This document shows, piece by piece, positions 54,801-64,000 of a stretch of DNA of 64,000 nt (position 1 is its first letter; each line of letters begins with the position of its first letter). The translations under genes and the position numbers were made by a program. The DNA lies in the NCBI GenBank assembly GCA_964057225.1, contig OZ059899.1:9920001-9984000 (forward strand), written 5' to 3'. The notes under the pieces are model-generated. The model had not been told where the DNA came from and did no database searches. It saw nothing but the letters and a program-made list of their open reading frames with translations. The DNA comes from Auanema rhodensis. Taxonomy: Eukaryota > Animalia > Nematoda.

Positions 54801-56270
54801 AGCTCCATAGTTTTTCTCTTAATTTCTCTCATCACAATAGTCTTAGTTTTTTTTCATAAGAGTTTCTGAAATCTTAGTTGAACAAGGCAGTATATATTTT
54901 TTTCTGGAATTCGAAAGCATTTGGGATGGAAATTAGAAAGAAAAGAACTAGTTTTTCCTACTTTAAAACAAACAATAAGAAATAAAATGAAAAAGATTGT
55001 TAGATATCCAATTTAAACTTATACATTTACTTCGATAAAGAGCCTATTAGTTTGAAATTTTATGTCTTACAGTTCTCCAACAGAACAGACTGATCCTGAT
55101 TTTTCTACGATTACATAAAACTCTCGTTTGATATACAAAAAGGAGAGGAATAACGTTTCCAGGATATCAATGATATCGAATCTAGTGATATTGTAGAAAA
55201 ATGTAATGTCAGCTCCATAGTTTTTCTCTTAATTTCTCTCATCACAATAGTCTTAGTTTTTTTTCATAAGAGTTTCTGAAATCTTAGTTGAACAAGGCAG
55301 TATATATTTTTTTCTGGAATTCGAAAGCATTTGGGATGAAAATTAGAAAGAAAAGAACTAGTTTTTCCTACTTTAAAACAAACAATAAGAAATAAAATGA
55401 AAAAGATTGTTAGATATCCAATTTAAACTTATACATTTACTTCGATAAAGAGCCTATTAGTTTGAAATTTTATGTCTTACAGTTCTCCAACAGAACAGAC
55501 TGATCCTGATTTCTCTATGATTACATAAAACTCTCGTTTGATATAAAAGCATATTGGATAGAAATTTCGAAAGCATTTTGGATGGAAATTAGAAAGAAAA
55601 GAACTAGTTTTTCCTACTTTAAAACAAACAATAAGAAATAAAATGAAAAAGATTGTTAGATATCCAATTTAAACTTATACATTTACTTCGATAAAGAGCC
55701 TATTAGTTTGAAATTTTATGTCTTACAGTTCTCCAACAGAACAGACTGATCCTGATTTCTCTATGATTACATAAAACTCTCGTTTGATATAAAAGCATAT
55801 TGGATAGAAATTTCGAAAGCATTTTGGATGGAAATTAGAACGAAAAGAACTAGTTTTTTCTATTTTAAAACAAACAATAATAAACAAAATGAAAAGATTG
55901 TTAGATATCCAATTTTAACTTATACATTTACTTCGATGAAGAGCCTATTAGATTGAATTTTTATGTCTTACAGTTCTCCAACAGAACAGACTGATCCTGA
56001 TTTTTCTACGATTACATAAAACTCTCGTTTGATATACAAAAAGGAGAGGAATAACGTTTCCAGGAAATCAATGATATCGAATCTAGTGATATTGTAGAAA
56101 AATGTAATGTCAGCTCCATAGTTTTTCTCTTAATTTCTCTCATCACAATAGTCTTAGTTTTTTTTCATAAGAGTTTCTGAAATCTTAGTTGAACAAGGCA
56201 GTATATATTTTTTTCTGGAATTCGAAAGCATTTGGGATGAAAATTAGAAAGAAAAGAACTAGTTTTTCCT

Positions 56271-56291
56271 ACTTTAAATCATAGAGAAATC
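56271..56291. other. Orientation-switch (inversion) breakpoint
   Basis: ...TTTTTCCTACTTTA[AA]TCATAGAGAAATC...: the forward L matches through 56278 and the reverse monomer matches from 56277. Confidence 0.96.
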
Positions 56292-59200
56292 AGGATCAGT
56301 CTGTTCTGTTGGAGAACTGTAAGACATAAAATTTCAAACTAATAGGCTCTTTATCGAAGTAAATGTATAAGTTTAAATTGGATATCTAACAATCTTTTTC
56401 ATTTTATTTCTTATTGTTTGTTTTAAAGTAGGAAAAACTAGTTCTTTTCTTTCTAATTTTCATCCCAAATGCTTTCGAATTCCAGAAAAAAATATATACT
56501 GCCTTGTTCAACTAAGATTTCAGAAACTCTTATGAAAAAAAACTAAGACTATTGTGATGAGAGAAATTAAGAGAAAAACTATGGAGCTGACATTACATTT
56601 TTCTACAATATCACTAGATTCGATATCATTAATATCCTGGAAACGTTATTCCTCTTCTTTTTGTATATCAAACGAGAGTTTTATGTAATCGTAGAAAAAT
56701 CAGGATAAGTCTGTTCTGTTGGAGAACTGTAAGACATAAAAATTCAATCTAATAGGCTCTTCATCGAAGTAAATGTATAAGTTAAAATTGGATATCTAAC
56801 AATCTTTTCATTTTGTTTATTATTGTTTGTTTTAAAATAGAAAAAACTAGTTCTTTTCGTTCTAATTTCCATCCAAAATGCTTTCGAAATTTCTATCCAA
56901 TATGCTTTTATATCAAACGAGAGTTTTATGTAATCATAGAGAAATCAGGATCAGTCTGTTCTGTTGGAGAACTGTAAGACATAAAATTTCAAACTAATAG
57001 GCTCTTTATCGAAGTAAATGTATAAGTTTGAATTGGATATCTAACAATCTTTTTCATTTTATTTCTTATTGTTTGTTTTAAAGTAGGAAAAACTAGTTCT
57101 TTTCTTTCTAATTTTCATCCCAAATGCTTTCGAATTCCAGAAAAAAAAATATACTGCCTTGTTCAACTAAGATTTCAGAAACTCTTATGAAAAAAAACTA
57201 AGACTATTGTGATGAGAGAAATTAAGAGAAAAACTATGGAGCTGACATTACATTTTTCTACAATATCACTAGATTCGATATCATTGATATCCTGGAAACG
57301 TTATTCCTCTCCTTTTTGTATATCAAACAAGAGTTTTATGTAATCGTAGAAAAATCAGGATCAGTCTGTTCTGTTGGAGAACTGTAAGACATAAAATTTC
57401 AAACTAATAGGCTCTTTATCGAAGTAAATGTATAAGTTTAAATTGGATATCTAACAATCTTTTTCATTTTATTTCTTATTGTTTGTTTTAAAGTAGGAAA
57501 AACTAGTTCTTTTCTTTCTAATTTCCATCCCAAATGCTTTCGAATTCCAGAAAAAAATATATACTGCCTTGTTCAACTAAGATTTCAGAAACTCTTATGA
57601 AAAAAAACTAAGACTATTGTGATGAGAGAAATTAAGAGAAAAACTATGGAGCTGACATTACATTTTTCTACAATGTCACTAGATTCGATATCATTGATAT
57701 CCTGGAAACGTTATTCCTCTCCTTTTTGTATATCAAACGAGAGTTTTATGTAATCGTAGAAAAATCAGGATCAGTCTGTTCTGTTGGAGAACTGTAAGAC
57801 ATAAAAATTCAATCTAATAGGCTCTTCATCGAAGTAAATGTATAAGTTAAAATTGGATATCTAACAATCTTTTCATTTTGTTTATTATTGTTTGTTTTAA
57901 AATAGAAAAAACTAGTTCTTTTCGTTCTAATTTCCATCCAAAATGCTTTCGAAATTTCTATCCAATATGCTTTTATATCAAACGAGAGTTTTATGTAATC
58001 ATAGAGAAATCAGGATCAGTCTGTTCTGTTGGAGAACTGTAAGACATAAAATTTCAAACTAATAGGCTCTTTATCGAAGTAAATGTATAAGTTTAAATTG
58101 GATATCTAACAATCTTTTTCATTTTATTTCTTATTGTTTGTTTTAAAGTAGGAAAAACTAGTTCTTTTCTTTCTAATTTCCATCCCAAATGCTTTCGAAT
58201 TCCAGAAAAAAATATATACTGCCTTGTTCAACTAAGATTTCAGAAACTCTTATGAAAAAAAACTAAGACTATTGTGATGAGAGAAATTAAGAGAAAAACT
58301 ATGGAGCTGACATTACATTTTTCTACAATATCACTAGATTCGATATCATTGATATCCTGGAAACGTTATTCCTCTCCTTTTTGTATATCAAACAAGAGTT
58401 TTATGTAATCGTAGAAAAATCAGGATCAGTCTGTTCTGTTGGAGAACTGTAAGACATAAAATTTCAAACTAATAGGCTCTTTATCGAAGTAAATGTATAA
58501 GTTTAAATTGGATATCTAACAATCTTTTTCATTTTATTTCTTATTGTTTGTTTTAAAGTAGGAAAAACTAGTTCTTTTCTTTCTAATTTCCATCCCAAAT
58601 GCTTTCGAATTCCAGAAAAAAATATATACTGCCTTGTTCAACTAAGATTTCAGAAACTCTTATGAAAAAAAACTAAGACTATTGTGATGAGAGAAATTAA
58701 GAGAAAAACTATGGAGCTGACATTACATTTTTCTACAATGTCACTAGATTCGATATCATTGATATCCTGGAAACGTTATTCCTCTCCTTTTTGTATATCA
58801 AACGAGAGTTTTATGTAATCGTAGAAAAATCAGGATCAGTCTGTTCTGTTGGAGAACTGTAAGACATAAAAATTCAATCTAATAGGCTCTTCATCGAAGT
58901 AAATGTATAAGTTAAAATTGGATATCTAACAATCTTTTCATTTTGTTTATTATTGTTTGTTTTAAAATAGAAAAAACTAGTTCTTTTCGTTCTAATTTCC
59001 ATCCAAAATGCTTTCGAAATTTCTATCCAATATGCTTTTATATCAAACGAGAGTTTTATGTAATCATAGAGAAATCAGGATCAGTCTGTTCTGTTGGAGA
59101 ACTGTAAGACATAAAATTTCAAACTAATAGGCTCTTTATCGAAGTAAATGTATAAGTTTAAATTGGATATCTAACAATCTTTTTCATTTTATTTCTTATT

Positions 59201-62200
59201 GTTTGTTTTAAAGTAGGAAAAACTAGTTCTTTTCTTTCTAATTTTCATCCCAAATGCTTTCGAATTCCAGAAAAAAAAATATACTGCCTTGTTCAACTAA
59301 GATTTCAGAAACTCTTATGAAAAAAAACTAAGACTATTGTGATGAGAGAAATTAAGAGAAAAACTATGGAGCTGACATTACATTTTTCTACAATATCACT
59401 AGATTCGATATCATTGATATCCTGGAAACGTTATTCCTCTCCTTTTTGTATATCAAACAAGAGTTTTATGTAATCGTAGAAAAATCAGGATCAGTCTGTT
59501 CTGTTGGAGAACTGTAAGACATAAAATTTCAAACTAATAGGCTCTTTATCGAAGTAAATGTATAAGTTTAAATTGGATATCTAACAATCTTTTTCATTTT
59601 ATTTCTTATTGTTTGTTTTAAAGTAGGAAAAACTAGTTCTTTTCTTTCTAATTTCCATCCCAAATGCTTTCGAATTCCAGAAAAAAATATATACTGCCTT
59701 GTTCAACTAAGATTTCAGAAACTCTTATGAAAAAAAACTAAGACTATTGTGATGAGAGAAATTAAGAGAAAAACTATGGAGCTGACATTACATTTTTCTA
59801 CAATGTCACTAGATTCGATATCATTGATATCCTGGAAACGTTATTCCTCTCCTTTTTGTATATCAAACGAGAGTTTTATGTAATCGTAGAAAAATCAGGA
59901 TCAGTCTGTTCTGTTGGAGAACTGTAAGACATAAAAATTCAATCTAATAGGCTCTTTATCGAAGTAAATGTATAAGTTTAAATTGGATATCTAACAATCT
60001 TTTTCATTTTATTTCTTATTGTTTGTTTTAAAGTAGGAAAAACTAGTTCTTTTCTTTCTAATTTTCATCCCAAATGCTTTCGAATTCCAGAAAAAAAAAT
60101 ATACTGCCTTGTTCAACTAAGATTTCAGAAACTCTTATGAAAAAAAACTAAGACTATTGTGATGAGAGAAATTAAGAGAAAAACTATGGAGCTGACATTA
60201 CATTTTTCTACAATATCACTAGATTCGATATCATTGATATCCTGGAAACGTTATTCCTCTCCTTTTTGTATATCAAACAAGAGTTTTATGTAATCGTAGA
60301 AAAATCAGGATCAGTCTGTTCTGTTGGAGAACTGTAAGACATAAAATTTCAAACTAATAGGCTCTTTATCGAAGTAAATGTATAAGTTTAAATTGGATAT
60401 CTAACAATCTTTTTCATTTTATTTCTTATTGTTTGTTTTAAAGTAGGAAAAACTAGTTCTTTTCTTTCTAATTTCCATCCCAAATGCTTTCGAATTCCAG
60501 AAAAAAATATATACTGCCTTGTTCAACTAAGATTTCAGAAACTCTTATGAAAAAAAACTAAGACTATTGTGATGAGAGAAATTAAGAGAAAAACTATGGA
60601 GCTGACATTACATTTTTCTACAATGTCACTAGATTCGATATCATTGATATCCTGGAAACGTTATTCCTCTCCTTTTTGTATATCAAACGAGAGTTTTATG
60701 TAATCGTAGAAAAATCAGGATCAGTCTGTTCTGTTGGAGAACTGTAAGACATAAAAATTCAATCTAATAGGCTCTTCATCGAAGTAAATGTATAAGTTAA
60801 AATTGGATATCTAACAATCTTTTCATTTTGTTTATTATTGTTTGTTTTAAAATAGAAAAAACTAGTTCTTTTCGTTCTAATTTCCATCCAAAATGCTTTC
60901 GAAATTTCTATCCAATATGCTTTTATATCAAACGAGAGTTTTATGTAATCATAGAGAAATCAGGATCAGTCTGTTCTGTTGGAGAACTGTAAGACATAAA
61001 ATTTCAAACTAATAGGCTCTTTATCGAAGTAAATGTATAAGTTTAAATTGGATATCTAACAATCTTTTTCATTTTATTTCTTATTGTTTGTTTTAAAGTA
61101 GGAAAAACTAGTTCTTTTCTTTCTAATTTCCATCCCAAATGCTTTCGAATTCCAGAAAAAAATATATACTGCCTTGTTCAACTAAGATTTCAGAAACTCT
61201 TATGAAAAAAAACTAAGACTATTGTGATGAGAGAAATTAAGAGAAAAACTATGGAGCTGACATTACATTTTTCTACAATATCACTAGATTCGATATCATT
61301 GATATCCTGGAAACGTTATTCCTCTCCTTTTTGTATATCAAACAAGAGTTTTATGTAATCGTAGAAAAATCAGGATCAGTCTGTTCTGTTGGAGAACTGT
61401 AAGACATAAAATTTCAAACTAATAGGCTCTTTATCGAAGTAAATGTATAAGTTTAAATTGGATATCTAACAATCTTTTTCATTTTATTTCTTATTGTTTG
61501 TTTTAAAGTAGGAAAAACTAGTTCTTTTCTTTCTAATTTCCATCCCAAATGCTTTCGAATTCCAGAAAAAAATATATACTGCCTTGTTCAACTAAGATTT
61601 CAGAAACTCTTATGAAAAAAAACTAAGACTATTGTGATGAGAGAAATTAAGAGAAAAACTATGGAGCTGACATTACATTTTTCTACAATGTCACTAGATT
61701 CGATATCATTGATATCCTGGAAACGTTATTCCTCTCCTTTTTGTATATCAAACGAGAGTTTTATGTAATCGTAGAAAAATCAGGATCAGTCTGTTCTGTT
61801 GGAGAACTGTAAGACATAAAAATTCAATCTAATAGGCTCTTCATCGAAGTAAATGTATAAGTTAAAATTGGATATCTAACAATCTTTTCATTTTGTTTAT
61901 TATTGTTTGTTTTAAAATAGAAAAAACTAGTTCTTTTCGTTCTAATTTCCATCCAAAATGCTTTCGAAATTTCTATCCAATATGCTTTTATATCAAACGA
62001 GAGTTTTATGTAATCATAGAGAAATCAGGATCAGTCTGTTCTGTTGGAGAACTGTAAGACATAAAATTTCAAACTAATAGGCTCTTTATCGAAGTAAATG
62101 TATAAGTTTAAATTGGATATCTAACAATCTTTTTCATTTTATTTCTTATTGTTTGTTTTAAAGTAGGAAAAACTAGTTCTTTTCTTTCTAATTTCCATCC

Positions 62201-64000
62201 CAAATGCTTTCGAATTCCAGAAAAAAATATATACTGCCTTGTTCAACTAAGATTTCAGAAACTCTTATGAAAAAAACTAAGACTATTGTGATGAGAGAAA
62301 TTAAGAGAAAAACTATGGAGCTGACATTACATTTTTCTACAATATCACTAGATTCGATATCATTGATATCCTGGAAACGTTATTCCTCTCCTTTTTGTAT
62401 ATCAAACGAGAGTTTTATGTAATCGTAGAAAAATCAGGATAAGTCTGTTCTGTTGGAGAACTGTAAGACATAAAAATTCAATCTAATAGGCTCTTCATCG
62501 AAGTAAATGTATAAGTTAAAATTGGATATCTAACAATCTTTTCATTTTGTTTATTATTGTTTGTTTTAAAATAGAAAAAACTAGTTCTTTTCGTTCTAAT
62601 TTCCATCCAAAATGCTTTCGAAATTTCTATCCAATATGCTTTTATATCAAACGAGAGTTTTATGTAATCATAGAGAAATCAGGATCAGTCTGTTCTGTTG
62701 GAGAACTGTAAGACATAAAATTTCAAACTAATAGGCTCTTTATCGAAGTAAATGTATAAGTTTAAATTGGATATCTAACAATCTTTTTCATTTTATTTCT
62801 TATTGTTTGTTTTAAAGTAGGAAAAACTAGTTCTTTTCTTTCTAATTTTCATCCCAAATGCTTTCGAATTCCAGAAAAAAATATATACTGCCTTGTTCAA
62901 CTAAGATTTCAGAAACTCTTATGAAAAAAAACTAAGACTATTGTGATGAGAGAAATTAAGAGAAAAACTATGGAGCTGACATTACATTTTTCTACAATAT
63001 CACTAGATTCGATATCATTGATATCCTGGAAACGTTATTCCTCTCCTTTTTGTATATCAAACGAGAGTTTTATGTAATCGTAGAAAAATCAGGATAAGTC
63101 TGTTCTGTTGGAGAACTGTAAGACATAAAAATTCAATCTAATAGGCTCTTCATCGAAGTAAATGTATAAGTTAAAATTGGATATCTAACAATCTTTTCAT
63201 TTTGTTTATTATTGTTTGTTTTAAAATAGAAAAAACTAGTTCTTTTCGTTCTAATTTCCATCCAAAATGCTTTCGAAATTTCTATCCAATATGCTTTTAT
63301 ATCAAACGAGAGTTTTATGTAATCATAGAGAAATCAGGATCAGTCTGTTCTGTTGGAGAACTGTAAGACATAAAATTTCAAACTAATAGGCTCTTTATCG
63401 AAGTAAATGTATAAGTTTAAATTGGATATCTAACAATCTTTTTCATTTTATTTCTTATTGTTTGTTTTAAAGTAGGAAAAACTAGTTCTTTTCTTTCTAA
63501 TTTTCATCCCAAATGCTTTCGAATTCCAGAAAAAAATATATACTGCCTTGTTCAACTAAGATTTCAGAAACTCTTATGAAAAAAAACTAAGACTATTGTG
63601 ATGAGAGAAATTAAGAGAAAAACTATGGAGCTGACATTACATTTTTCTACAATATCACTAGATTCGATATCATTGATATCCTGGAAACGTTATTCCTCTC
63701 CTTTTTGTATATCAAACGAGAGTTTTATGTAATCGTAGAAAAATCAGGATCAGTCTGTTCTGTTGGAGAACTGTAAGACATAAAATTTCAAACTAATAGG
63801 CTCTTTATCGAAGTAAATGTATAAGTTTAAATTGGATATCTAACAATCTTTTTCATTTTATTTTTTATTGTTTGTTTTAAAGTAGGAAAAACTAGTTCTT
63901 TTCTTTCTAATTTCCATCCCAAATGCTTTCGAATTCCAGAAAAAAATATATACTGCCTTGTTCAACTAAGATTTCAGAAACTCTTATGAAAAAAAACTAA
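56277..64000 (-). repeat. Same satellite in inverted orientation (L and S monomers only, no T seen)
   Basis: From 56277 the sequence is the reverse complement of the same monomers (AATCATAGAGAAATCAGGATCAGTCTGTTCTGTTGGAGAACTG...). Order moving right from the junction: L S L L S L L S L L L L S L L S L S L S L, then a partial L at the edge. Confidence 0.99.
56947..62026 (-). repeat. L-L-S higher-order repeat (1065 bp), five units, one lacking S
   Basis: L pairs marked by AAACAAGAG then CAATGTCACT (plus-strand reading) begin at 56947, 58012, 59077, 59897 and 60962, with spacings of 1065, 1065, 820 and 1065. Confidence 0.87.

Larger units (their letters stand above)
1..56278 (+). repeat. Satellite array, forward arm, of interspersed S (~245 bp), L (~410 bp) and T (~607 bp, tRNA-bearing) monomers
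   Basis: Continuous head-to-tail repeats share the head GATT(T/G)(C/T)TCTA(T/C)GATTACATAAAACTCTCGTTTGATATA and the tail TTCGAAAGCATTT...CAGTTCTCCAACAGAACAGACTGATCCT. Monomer starts traced by hand at 1, 410, 655, 1064, 1474, 1719, 2129, 2539 and onward. No unique sequence seen; the array runs off the left edge. Confidence 0.99.

Noticed and set aside
412-62422. All 60-74 aa ORFs in the supplied track (MLYDYIKLSF..., MLSNSRKKY... and others)
   Set aside because: They are translations of satellite monomers, most from non-ATG starts. They appear or vanish with single-base homopolymer changes and show no recognisable domain.
1-64000. CRISPR-like reading (conserved block alternating with variable segments)
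   Set aside because: The variable segments come in only three recurring types rather than unique spacers, units are far too long, and there are no cas genes. The tRNA is eukaryotic type.
56277-64000. Inverted arm as a fold-back sequencing artefact
   Set aside because: Monomer order and SNP haplotypes differ from the mirror region on the left. Read-level confirmation is still advisable.

Overview
The whole 64 kb window is one AT-rich eukaryotic satellite DNA array with no credible protein-coding genes. It holds about 190 monomers (hand count) of three related classes that share a head and tail: S (244-246 bp, about 90 copies), L (409-411 bp, about 90 copies) and T (606-607 bp, 7 copies). Each T monomer carries a complete 73-nt tRNA-Arg(ACG) gene followed by a T7 Pol III terminator (starts at 5356, 6374, 7391, 10706, 13445, 14298, 32094). 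L equals T minus a 200-bp segment and keeps only the first three bases (GGC) of the tRNA. S replaces the L-specific middle with a 24-bp degenerate duplication. The simplest reading (inference) is a tRNA-gene tandem array being converted into, and diluted by, tRNA-less satellite. Monomers form local higher-order repeats (T-L about 1018 bp, L-S 655 bp, L-L-S 1065 bp, L-S4 1391 bp), and multi-kb blocks are copied over long distances. Orientation switches abruptly at 56277-56278 through a 2-bp AA microhomology. From memory the tRNA looks nematode-like (Caenorhabditis-type Arg-ACG); this needs a database check.
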